Part shown: positions 9,812-19,052 of the stretch, piece after piece
Layout of the letters: each line of letters starts with the position of its first letter
Position numbering within the stretch: position 1 is the first letter of the stretch
NCBI GenBank assembly: GCA_016212095.1
Contig: JACRHH010000024.1
Coordinates: 7,482-71,481, forward strand
DNA: 64,000 nt
Direction of reading: 5' to 3'
From: Nitrospirota bacterium
GTDB lineage: Bacteria > Nitrospirota > Thermodesulfovibrionia > SZUA-242
Notes under the pieces: model-generated
Seen by the model: the letters and a program-made list of their open reading frames with translations, nothing else
The model's database searches: none
Told to the model about the DNA's origin: nothing
Program-made: the position numbers and the translations under genes

Positions 9812-11582
9812 GGAAATTCTTGTAAACGTCTGCATGGGAACAGGCGGCATCGCCGCCGGTGGTGTCGAGGTCATGGAAGCGTTCAAGGCCGGGTTCGCGG
9901 ACGCCGGAATGGATGCGTCGGTTGAAAAGCACTGCGCGGTTCACCAGGTTGGCTGCCGGGGCTTTTGCGCCCGCGACGTGCTTGTCGATGTGGCGATCGA
10001 CGGCAACCGCGCCACATATCAGTACATAAAGCCCGACATGGTTCCGCGCATCATCGAGGAGCATGTGAAGGGTGGCGCGCCGATAGCCGAATGGATGGTC
10101 GGCGACGACTATCACAGCTTCCACGACCGTCAGGTGAAGGTGGTGCTTTCCGACTGTGGCCGGATCAATCCGGAGGATATAGACGAATATATCTCGGTTG
10201 ACGGCTACAAGGCGGCGGCCAGGGTTCTGAATGAGATGTCTCCAGCCGATACCGTTGAGGCGGTAAAGAAATCCGGGCTTCGAGGCCGCGGAGGCGCCGG
10301 ATTTCCTACCGGCGTGAAGTGGGGCTTCTGCGCGGCGAACAAGTCTGACCGGAAGTACATCATCTGCAACGCCGACGAGGGCGACCCCGGCGCGTTCATG
10401 GACAGGTCTGTAATCGAGGGCAACCCCCATGCCGTGATCGAGGGCATGACGATAGGAGCCTACGCAATAGGCGCGGACACCGGATACGTCTACATCAGGG
10501 CCGAATATCCGCTTGCCGTGGAGCGCCTGAAAAAAGCGCTCGCCGATGCGCGGGCGCACGGGTTTCTCGGTCAAGACATACACGGATCGGGCTTCAACTT
10601 CGACATAAAGATAAAACTTGGCGCGGGCGCTTTCGTCTGCGGCGAGGAGACGGCGCTTATCGCATCCATCGAGGGCGAGCGCGGAATGCCGCGCGCGAAG
10701 CCGCCGTTTCCGGCCAACAAGGGGCTTTGGGGCAAGCCGACGGTTATCAACAACGTCGAGACGCTGGCCAACCTGCCGTACATCTTCCGCAGGGGGCCGG
10801 AGTGGTTTGCCTCCCTCGGATCGGAAAAGAGCAAGGGCACTAAGGTGTTCGCCCTCACCGGCAAGATAAAGAACACCGGCCTTATCGAAGTGCCGATGGG
10901 TATTCCGCTGAAGGAGATCATCTACGACATCGGCGGCGGAATCGAGGGCGACAGGCTGTTCAAGGCCGTTCAGACCGGAGGCCCGTCTGGCGGATGCATC
11001 ACAGCCGAGCATATCGATCTTCCGGTCGATTACGAGAATCTGGTGAAAATCGGCTCGATGATGGGATCGGGCGGCATGGTTGTTCTCGACGAGACCGACT
11101 GCATGGTGAACATCGCCAAATTCTTCCTGGAATTCACGCAGGCCGAATCCTGCGGCAAATGCGTGCCGTGCCGGATCGGAACCAAACGCCTTCTGGAAAT
11201 CCTTACGCGCATAACCGAGGGCAACGGACGGCCCGGCGACATCGAGCTTCTTTTGAGCCTCGCCAACGATGTGAAGGATGCAAGCCTCTGCGGCCTTGGA
11301 ATGTCGGCCCCCAACCCGGTGCTTTCGACCATCCGCTATTTCCGTCATGAGTACGAGGCGCATATCCACGACAAGCGCTGTCCGGCTGCGGTCTGCCGCG
11401 CGCTTATCACCTTCATGATCCTCGACGACAAGTGCAAGGGCTGCGGCGTCTGTCTGCGGGCCTGCCCTGCCGGCGCCATTACCGGCGAGAAGAAGAAGCC
11501 GCACTCAATCGACCGCGCCAAATGCGTGAAATGCGGGGCATGTTTCGACGTATGCAAATTCAAGGCTGTGCTGAAGGAGTAG
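9804..11582 (+). CDS. NuoF/HydB-like FMN/NAD(H)-binding subunit with extra Fe-S domains
   Basis: GLRGRGGAGFPTG, CNADEGDPGAFMDR, FVCGEET, GGPSGGC, ESCGKCVPCR, C-terminal 2x[4Fe-4S]. Confidence 0.95.
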   Translation: MSKEILVNVCMGTGGIAAGGVEVMEAFKAGFADAGMDASVEKHCAVHQVGCRGFCARDVLVDVAIDGNRATYQYIKPDMVPRIIEEHVKGGAPIAEWMVGDDYHSFHDRQVKVVLSDCGRINPEDIDEYISVDGYKAAARVLNEMSPADTVEAVKKSGLRGRGGAGFPTGVKWGFCAANKSDRKYIICNADEGDPGAFMDRSVIEGNPHAVIEGMTIGAYAIGADTGYVYIRAEYPLAVERLKKALADARAHGFLGQDIHGSGFNFDIKIKLGAGAFVCGEETALIASIEGERGMPRAKPPFPANKGLWGKPTVINNVETLANLPYIFRRGPEWFASLGSEKSKGTKVFALTGKIKNTGLIEVPMGIPLKEIIYDIGGGIEGDRLFKAVQTGGPSGGCITAEHIDLPVDYENLVKIGSMMGSGGMVVLDETDCMVNIAKFFLEFTQAESCGKCVPCRIGTKRLLEILTRITEGNGRPGDIELLLSLANDVKDASLCGLGMSAPNPVLSTIRYFRHEYEAHIHDKRCPAAVCRALITFMILDDKCKGCGVCLRACPAGAITGEKKKPHSIDRAKCVKCGACFDVCKFKAVLKE

Positions 11583-11589
11583 GCTTGTA

Positions 11590-14283
11590 ATGATAAACCT
11601 TACGATAGATGGAAAAACGATTAGCGTTTCCGATGGCGCTACAGTGCTGGAAGCGGCCCGCGCGGCAGGGATAGAAATTCCGACCCTCTGCCACGACCCA
11701 CGGCTCAAGCCATACGGCGGATGCCGCCTCTGCATTGTCGAGATTGCCGGGGTTCCGAGACCGGTAACCTCATGCACGACGCCGGCAACCGACGGCATGA
11801 CCGTTACAACAAGCAGCGAACGGCTTTTCAACCTGCGGCGCACTGTCGTTGAGCTTCTGCTTTCGGATCATCCCAACGACTGCATGGTCTGCGAGCGGGC
11901 GGGCGACTGCTCGTTGCAGGAACTGGCCTATTTCTACGGCCTGCGCGAAAACCGGTTTTGGGGCGAGCGGCGGCGCTACCCGAAGCAGGACATGAACCCT
12001 GTCATCAAGCGCGACATGGAAAAATGCGTTCTCTGCGGCAAGTGCGTTCGCGTCTGCGACGAGGTGCAGGGCGTGGGCGCGATCGATCTGGCCTATCGCG
12101 GCTTCGGCGCGAAGGTCTGCCCGCCGTTTGAAAAGGATCTGGACTGCGAGTTCTGCGGGCAGTGCGTATCGATCTGCCCTACCGGCGCTCTCTCCGGACG
12201 GATGTGGGCCGGAAAGGGCCGCCAGAAAGACGTGAAGGAGACCGAAACGGTCTGCCCGTACTGCGGCTGCGGCTGCGTGCTCACGCTGCATACGGCCGGA
12301 AACCGGGTGATCCGTGTTTCCTCGAAGGTCGATACCCCCAACGAAGGCTGGCTCTGCCCCAAGGGACGGTTCGGCTACGAATTCATCAACCGCCCCGACC
12401 GCCTCACAACGCCGCTTGTCCGGCGGGAAAAGGGCGGGGCGCTGGAACCGGCGTCGTGGGACGAGGCGCTCGATCTGGTTGCCGCCAGGCTTGGGGCTAT
12501 AAAAGATGCCCACGGGCCAGATGCGCTTGGCGGCCTTGCCTCGGCGCGCTGCACCAACGAGGAAAATTACGCCTTCCAGAAATTCTTCCGCGCGGGGATC
12601 GGCACAAACAACGTCGATCACTGCGCGCGGTATTGACACAGCGCCACTGTGGCCGGTCTGGCCACCGTATTTGGTTCGGGCGCAATGACCAACTCCATCG
12701 CCGAAATCGAGAACAACGACGCGCTTTTCGTGATCGGCTCGAACACCACCGAGTGCCATCCCATTGTTGCGCTCCGGATGAAGAAGGCGGCGCGCAAGGG
12801 CGCGAAGCTGATAATCGCCGATCCGCGCAGGATTCCGCTTGTGAAATTCGCCACGCTCTGGCTGCGGCACAGGCCGGGAACCGACGTTGCGCTCATGAAC
12901 TCGATCATGCATGTGATCCTTGCCGAAGGGCTGGAAGATAAAAATTTCATCGATTCCCGCACCGAGGGATTCGAAGAATTCCGCAAGGCAATCGCGCAAT
13001 TCACGCCGGAATACGGCGAAAAGATCACCGGCGTTCCGGCTGCCGACATAGTGAAGGCGGCGCGCACCTACGCGGGCGCAAAAAACGCCGGAATCTACTA
13101 CACGATGGGCATAACCCAGCATTCGATGGGCACGAATAACGTGTGGTCGGTGGCGAACATGGCGCTTCTTACCGGCAATCTGGGCAAGGAGTCGGCGGGC
13201 GTGAACCCGCTTCGCGGCCAGAACAACGTGCAGGGCGCATCCGACATGGCCTGCGCTCCGGCGGTGCTTCCAGGCTACCAGAAGGTTGCGGACGAGGCGG
13301 TAAGGAAAAAATTCGAGGCGGTCTGGGGCGGCGCGCTTCCCGCCGAACCGGGGCTTACCGCAACCGAGATGACCGACGCGATCATCGGCGGCAGGATTAA
13401 GGGGCTTTACATCATGGGCGAAAACCCGGTGATCTCCGACCCGCACATGGCGCATACCCTGAAGGCATTGAAAAAACTTGATTTCCTTGTCGTCCAGGAT
13501 ATTTTCATGACCGAAACCGCCGAGCTTGCCGACGTGGTGCTGCCTGCCTCCTCGTTTGCCGAGAAGGATGGCACGTTCACAAATACTGAGCGGCGCGTTC
13601 AGAGGGTTCGCAAGGCTGTCGATTCGCCGGGCGATGCGAAGGACGATCTTTCGATAATCCGCGCGGTTGCGGCCCGTGCCGGCTACGATTTGGGCCCGGC
13701 GTCGGCTGCCGATGTTTTCCGCGAAATTTCAGCGCTCTGGCCCGCGATGGCCGGAATGACTTACCGGCGACTGGATTCGGGCGGCCTTCAGTGGCCTTGC
13801 CCCACGGACGATCATCCGGGCACGCCGTATCTGTTCAAGGATGTTTTCCCGCGCGGAAAGGGCGCGTTTTCGCCGATTCCGTACATCGAGTCGAAAGAGC
13901 TTCCGGATGAGGCATACCCGTTTGTCCTTACAACCGGAAGGATTCTGTTCCAGTACCACACCGGAACGATGACGCGGCGTTCAGATGCGCTTGAGGCGGT
14001 GGCGCCGGAGCCGTTTATCGAGATCAGCCGCGAGGACGCGCGGAGGCTCGGCATTGCCGATGCCGGGATGCTCTCCGTCTCGTCACGCAGGGGGAGCTTG
14101 CAGGTCAAGGCAATGGTGACCGACCGCGTGGCTCCGGGCGTGGTGTTCATGCCGTTTCATTACCACGAGGCGGCGGCGAATGTGTTGACAAATGACGCGC
14201 TCGATCCGGTGTGCAAGATACCGGAGGCGAAGGTTTGCGCTGTAAGAATCGAGAAGACGGCGGAGGTTGCGGCCGGCGTCTGA
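11590..14283 (+). CDS. fdhA: Selenocysteine-containing formate dehydrogenase alpha subunit (897 aa, Sec at TGA 12634-12636)
   Basis: ORFs 11590..12636 and 12649..14283 are in frame and join as [16 protein letters not shown]-terminal Fe-S domains; [10 protein letters not shown]. Confidence 0.95.
12634..12670 (+). promoter_or_regulatory. Bacterial SECIS element
   Basis: Hairpin GTGGCC-GGTCT-GGCCAC (12649-12665) 12 nt after the in-frame TGA; resembles the E. coli fdhF SECIS apex. Confidence 0.88.
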
Positions 14284-14341
14284 CCGGATATTCGAAATAA
14301 TTTCGAAATCAATCATATCCGTAAGGAGGAGAGTCTGTACC

Positions 14342-16105
14342 ATGCCATTGGATCCGACAAAACATCAGGACTGGGAAATTGCCGAGGCAGCCGAGAAGCA
14401 CATGAAGACGGTCTATCAGCTTGCCGAGGAGCTTGGGCTGGAGAAGGAGGAGCTTCTGCCGCACGGCCACTATGTTGCGAAGCTCGACTTCAAGAAGATT
14501 TTAAAGAGGCTTGAAAACAAGCCGGACGGCAAATATGTTGACGTGACGGCGATCACGCCAACGCCGCTTGGCGAGGGAAAGTCCACCACAACCATGGGCC
14601 TCACGCAGGGTCTTGGCAAGCGCGGCAAGAGCGTTATCGCCGCCATTCGCCAGCCTTCCGGCGGGCCCACGATGAACATCAAGGGCTCGGCGGCGGGAGG
14701 CGGACTTTCGCAGTGCGTGCCGCTCACGCCGTTTTCGCTTGGTCTCACCGGCGACATCAACGCCATCATGAACGCGCACAACCTGGCGATGGTTGCAGTG
14801 ACCAGCCGTATGCAGCACGAGTTCAACTATAACGACGCGCAGCTTGAAAAGCGCGGCCTCAAAAGGCTCGACATCGACCCGCGCAACGTTGAGATGAAGT
14901 GGATCATCGACTTCTGCGCGCAGGCGCTTCGCGACATCATCATCGGACAGGGCGGAAAGAGCGACGGCTTCATGATGCGCTCCGGTTTCGCCATCGCGGT
15001 GTCGTCCGAGGTCATGGCCATTCTTGCCGTTGCCAAGGATCTCAAGGACATGCGCGAGCGCATGGGCCGCATCGTTGTTGCGTACAGCAAGTCGGGCGCT
15101 CCGGTGACAACCGAAGACCTCGGCGTTGCCGGCGCGATGACGGCATGGATGGTCGAGGCGCTTAACCCGAACCTCATGCAGACGATCGAGGGCCAGCCCG
15201 TGCTGGTACACGCAGGGCCTTTCGCGAACATCGCCATCGGCCAGTCTTCGATCATCGCGGATCGTGTGGGATTAAAACTTGCCGACTACAACGTGACCGA
15301 GTCGGGCTTCGCCGCCGACATCGGTTTCGAAAAATTCTGGAACCTCAAATGCCGCTTTTCGGGCCTCAAGCCGAACGCGGCTGTTCTTGTCGCCACAATC
15401 CGGGCGCTCAAGTGCCACGGCGGCGCGCCGATTCCGGTTCCGGGCAAGCCGCTTCCGGAAGAGTACAGGGGCGAGAACGTGGGATGGGTAGAGAAGGGCT
15501 GCGACAACCTGATTCACCTCGTAAACGTGGTGAAAAAGGCGGGCATCAACCCGGTGGTCTGCATCAACGCCTTCTACACCGATACCGACAACGAGATCAA
15601 GGCAGTGCGCCGCATAGCCGAGGCCGCTGGAGCGCGCGTTGCGCTTTCGAAGCACTGGCAGTACGGTGGCGACGGCGCGCTTGAGCTTGCCGACGCCGTG
15701 GTTGACGCATGCAACGAGCCGAACAATTTCAAATTCCTTTACGAACTCGACACGCCGCTCCGGAAGCGCATCGAGCTTATCGCAACCGAGGTTTACGGCG
15801 CGGACGGCGTGGACTACTCCGCCGAAGCCCTTAAAAAGGCCGAACGCATGGAGGCCGATCCGGAGACCGCGAAGCTTGGAACCTGCATGGTGAAGACCCA
15901 TCTTTCGCTCTCCGACAACCCGACCAAAAAGGGCGTGCCGAAGGGCTGGAGGCTGCACATCCGCGACATCCTCACCTTCAAGGGCGCGGGATTCGTTGTT
16001 CCGGTCGCGGGCTCGATCACGCTCATGCCCGGCACGGCGTCCGATCCGGCCTACCGCCGCGTTGACGTTGACGTTGAAACCGGCAAGGTGAAGGGCGTGT
16101 TTTAA
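14342..16105 (+). CDS. fhs: Formate--tetrahydrofolate ligase
   Basis: [61 protein letters not shown]. Confidence 0.97.
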   Translation: MPLDPTKHQDWEIAEAAEKHMKTVYQLAEELGLEKEELLPHGHYVAKLDFKKILKRLENKPDGKYVDVTAITPTPLGEGKSTTTMGLTQGLGKRGKSVIAAIRQPSGGPTMNIKGSAAGGGLSQCVPLTPFSLGLTGDINAIMNAHNLAMVAVTSRMQHEFNYNDAQLEKRGLKRLDIDPRNVEMKWIIDFCAQALRDIIIGQGGKSDGFMMRSGFAIAVSSEVMAILAVAKDLKDMRERMGRIVVAYSKSGAPVTTEDLGVAGAMTAWMVEALNPNLMQTIEGQPVLVHAGPFANIAIGQSSIIADRVGLKLADYNVTESGFAADIGFEKFWNLKCRFSGLKPNAAVLVATIRALKCHGGAPIPVPGKPLPEEYRGENVGWVEKGCDNLIHLVNVVKKAGINPVVCINAFYTDTDNEIKAVRRIAEAAGARVALSKHWQYGGDGALELADAVVDACNEPNNFKFLYELDTPLRKRIELIATEVYGADGVDYSAEALKKAERMEADPETAKLGTCMVKTHLSLSDNPTKKGVPKGWRLHIRDILTFKGAGFVVPVAGSITLMPGTASDPAYRRVDVDVETGKVKGVF

Positions 16106-16137
16106 GCCCAAGCCATAAGCTGCTGGATTATTGCACG

Positions 16138-16167
16138 AAAACGGCGGCCTGAAAAGGCCGCCGTTTT
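16138..16167. terminator. Bidirectional intrinsic terminator after fhs
   Basis: AAAACGGCGGCCT-GAAA-AGGCCGCCGTTTT. Confidence 0.85.
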
Positions 16168-16194
16168 ATGTGGGGGAGAGAGATTTTTCGCGTA

Positions 16195-16223
16195 TTGCCA
16201 ATCTGTACGGATGTGCATACAAT
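16195..16223 (+). promoter_or_regulatory. Sigma70-type promoter of brnTA (probably leaderless transcript)
   Basis: TTGCCA-N17-TACAAT ending 6 nt before ATG 16230; TGTA...TACA dyad in spacer/-10. Confidence 0.55.
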
Positions 16224-16229
16224 AACCAA

Positions 16230-16492
16230 ATGAACTATGAATGGGATCCCGCCAAGGCGAGAGCCAATCTCCGTAAGCATGGCATGGATTTCGCCGCCGC
16301 CGCCACGGTTTTTTGGATGATAACGCACTCACGATTCCGGATGACCATGCCGGGGAGGAACGTTTCATAACGATTGGAGCTGATGCAACGGGAAGAATCC
16401 TCGTGGTCGTATTCACCTTGCGAGGTCAAAATATTCGCATTATTTCGGCGCGTAGGGCCGAAAGTCATGAAAGATTGCAGTATGAGGGTTAA
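16230..16492 (+). pseudogene. BrnT-family toxin, frameshifted
   Basis: MNYEWDPAKARANLRKHGMDFAAAATVF, then frame change at T6 run 16309-16314 to DDNALTIPDDHAGEERFITIG...RIISARRA...YEG*. Confidence 0.85.
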
Positions 16493-16495
16493 GCC

Positions 16496-16783
16496 ATGAA
16501 AGCAAATTACGATTTCAGCCAAGGGCGACGCGGGGCGCTTGATCCGATGCCGAGCGGTAAAACGCGGATCACGATTCGGATCGATGACGATTTATTGGAC
16601 TGGTTTCGTGGTGAAGTTCATGCGGCTGGCGGCGGCAGCTACCAGACGCTCATAAATAATGCCTTACGCGAATACGTTCAAAGCCGCAAGCAGCCATTGG
16701 AAGATATTCTGCGCCGCATAGTTCGGGAAGAATTGACGGCGTCGAAAGGCGAAAACGAAGACAAAATGGCTGTTGCCGGATAA
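16496..16783 (+). CDS. BrnA-family antitoxin
   Basis: YDFSQGRRG, KTRITIRIDDDLLDWFR, GSYQTLINNALREY. Confidence 0.88.
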   Translation: MKANYDFSQGRRGALDPMPSGKTRITIRIDDDLLDWFRGEVHAAGGGSYQTLINNALREYVQSRKQPLEDILRRIVREELTASKGENEDKMAVAG

Positions 16784-16854
16784 TTTCATTTCCAGATCAA
16801 ACGTTCAACAACCCCTCCCAAACCAAGGGCAGGGGAAATTCCTGCGTGGCAGGA

Positions 16855-18171
16855 TTACGGGGCGGAATGGAATTCCGTCAACATCGACGCCCCAAGCGTC
16901 CGGTCGAGATATTCCTTCCTGCAATCAAGGCGCGAGGCGTCGCCGAATTCGGCAAGCGCCGAGTATCGGCAGCCGCCAAAGCAGAGCGGCAGGTAGGCGC
17001 AGCCGAGGCATTCGTCGTTCTTCCACACTCCGGGCGCGTATGCAGAGCCGTTGTCTGAGATGCCGCCCCGCACATCCCCAAGCCGGAAGCGCTCCATGCC
17101 TATAAGCGCCGGACAGCGGTAGATGCCGCCGTCGTGGTTTATCACGAACATATGATCGCGCTCCACCTGACAGACCGACGGGCCAGGTGAAGCCTTCTTG
17201 TAACCGCGCCTGAAAACCGCCGCATTTAACGCAAGATCGGCCTCGGCCATCCACTGCTCGGATGACGAAACACAGCCGTCGCAAGCCAACGACGACATTT
17301 TGTCGTCGCGGTAACTGCCGGGAACCTCAGAACCAGCAACCTTCATCACCGGAAAAAACCGCAGTTGGGCTATCTGCTCCGGCCCAAGCCCCCTCTCCTC
17401 CAGAATGTCGATAAGCTCCGGAAACCGCCTCCAGTTGCTTCGCCCGTAGTTGCCTCCGATGCCCACACGGGCGATGTCCCATATTTCGCTTATGTTTCCG
17501 GTGATTGCATCGAAACTTCCGCCGCCGTTCTTAAACGGTCGCGTCTGGTTGTGCATATCGGGCGGGCCGTCCAGGGTGATCTTTGCCCCGGCGAATCCGA
17601 GCGGGTTTAGTTCCTCCACGACGCGGCGCGTGAGAAGCGAGCCGTTGGTTACGAGCGTGAAGCTGAATTCCGCGCCATTTCCCTCGGCAAATGCCTTCGT
17701 TTTTCCGGCGATGCGCTTTATCGTCTGGCGGGCAAGAAGCGGCTCGCCGCCGTAGAAGTCGATGTTGATCTTGTTGATTTCGTTTGTAAATTTAGCCTTG
17801 ATGAACTCGACGACTTGATCCGCCGTCTCGTCCGTCATGTAGTGGCGGCCCTTGATGTCGCGCTCGTAACAGTAGACGCAGGCGAAGTTGCAGTCCAGGT
17901 TCACGATCACGGAGATGTTCATGGTGGTTGAAAGCCGGTTCAATTCATCAACGAAACCGAGCATTTCGCGCCGTTCGGCGTCGAGGTCGTCAACGATCAT
18001 TCCAAGCCGTGCAAGCGTTGCGTGTTCTTTCTCGCCGAGCGCGCCGTTTTCGGCGGCCTCAAGCGTGTTTTTGTGAACCACCGCCTTCGAGGCGCGTTTT
18101 GTGGAAAAAAGTATGACGTGATCGGGCTTGCTTGGGTGGGGGAAGGATTTTAAGTAGCAGGAAAGGGGCAT
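16855..18171 (-). CDS. Radical SAM/SPASM peptide maturase (geopeptide-type)
   Basis: CNFACVYC, FYGGEPLL, SPASM YRCP...CLGCAYLPLCFGGC...C; N-terminal extension before the rSAM core. Confidence 0.88.
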   Translation of the reverse strand: MPLSCYLKSFPHPSKPDHVILFSTKRASKAVVHKNTLEAAENGALGEKEHATLARLGMIVDDLDAERREMLGFVDELNRLSTTMNISVIVNLDCNFACVYCYERDIKGRHYMTDETADQVVEFIKAKFTNEINKINIDFYGGEPLLARQTIKRIAGKTKAFAEGNGAEFSFTLVTNGSLLTRRVVEELNPLGFAGAKITLDGPPDMHNQTRPFKNGGGSFDAITGNISEIWDIARVGIGGNYGRSNWRRFPELIDILEERGLGPEQIAQLRFFPVMKVAGSEVPGSYRDDKMSSLACDGCVSSSEQWMAEADLALNAAVFRRGYKKASPGPSVCQVERDHMFVINHDGGIYRCPALIGMERFRLGDVRGGISDNGSAYAPGVWKNDECLGCAYLPLCFGGCRYSALAEFGDASRLDCRKEYLDRTLGASMLTEFHSAP

Positions 18172-18219
18172 TGGGGGGAATCTCCTTTTTTGATAGTGAA
18201 CTTATAATTCCATCGATGT

Positions 18220-18312
18220 CTGAACCACAGATTAACGCAGATCAAATAGATGTCACAGATTAAATCAGCGCAATCAGCGCAATCATTGCAATCCATTCAA
18301 TCTGCGGTTCAG
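18220..18312. repeat. Miniature inverted-repeat element with internal short repeats
   Basis: CTGAACCACAGATT ... AATCTGCGGTTCAG (13/14 inverted match), internal CAGAT and AATCAGCGC repeats. Confidence 0.6.
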
Positions 18313-18473
18313 GCGACAAGGTTTTCCCCGCATTTTAGCAAGCATTTTCCCGCTTTTGCTCATGCGGTAATGATACTGCATGTGACATTACACGGCAAGC
18401 GTTACGGCCCCGCCTTTCCATCACTTGTGTATTTCAACTTGCCCTTTGTTCGCAATTGGGCTAACTTAATGAC

Positions 18474-18533
18474 ATGCGAAAAATAGTCTTCTATCGCTTC
18501 GAGAATGGCGAATGCCCGGTTCAGGAGACCTGT
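18474..18533 (+). pseudogene. N-terminal remnant of HigB/RelE (Gp49-like) toxin
   Basis: MRKIVFYRFENGECPVQE resembles Gp49-like toxin starts and runs straight into the antitoxin RBS and start. Confidence 0.6.
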
Positions 18534-18809
18534 ATGAGTGACTTGCAGAAGTATAAGAACAAGCGATTTAAGGAAGATCCTGAATTCTGGCGGAATTACA
18601 ACGAGCGCTTTGAAACCTTCAAGCTTGGGGTGCTCTTGAAACAGGCTCGCGTGGAAGCCGGGATGACACAGGAGCAGATTGCCCATGAACTCCAAACCAC
18701 AAAATCCGTCATTTCCCGAATGGAGAACCATGCCATCGATATCCGTTTATCCACCCTTGAGAAGTTTGCCAAAGCGGTTGGCCGACATATCCATGTTGCC
18801 TTGGTTTAA
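18534..18809 (+). CDS. XRE/HigA-type HTH antitoxin
   Basis: LKQARVEAGMTQEQIAHELQTTKSVISRMEN; RBS AGGAG at 18523. Confidence 0.85.
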   Translation: MSDLQKYKNKRFKEDPEFWRNYNERFETFKLGVLLKQARVEAGMTQEQIAHELQTTKSVISRMENHAIDIRLSTLEKFAKAVGRHIHVALV

Positions 18810-18879
18810 AACCGCACGCCTTCCCCGCCTCTTCCGGGAGCGTCCCTCCACGCTCCCGTGCCTTTTGGCTGGTGTTTGC

Positions 18880-18996
18880 CTACCTTAACGCCGCCGACGA
18901 CTGTTTGCAGCACTCCGTAGTCTCGGCGATTTCCTCCATCGACACGCCTTCGTCCAGCACAACGATCACTTCCTTCTGCTCCTCGATCTCTTCCAT
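18880..18996 (-). CDS. 38-aa putative RiPP precursor peptide (geopeptide-like)
   Basis: MEEIEEQKEVIVVLDEGVSMEEIAETTECCKQSSAALR*; RBS AAGGAGG; lies between TonB receptor and rSAM on the same strand. Confidence 0.8.
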   Translation of the reverse strand: MEEIEEQKEVIVVLDEGVSMEEIAETTECCKQSSAALR

Positions 18997-19052
18997 GCGA
19001 AAACCTCCTTGAAGCGATGAGATAAGAACCGGCAATGCCGGTAAATGAAACG

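Noticed and set aside
12634..12636. Nonsense mutation making fdhA a pseudogene or two genes
   Set aside because: The TGA is at the Sec ligand position and is followed by a SECIS hairpin
18835..18882. Pyrrolysine or other readthrough of the precursor peptide TAG
   Set aside because: The downstream frame gives no recognisable sequence and no pyl genes are seen; the hairpin is more simply a stabiliser or terminator
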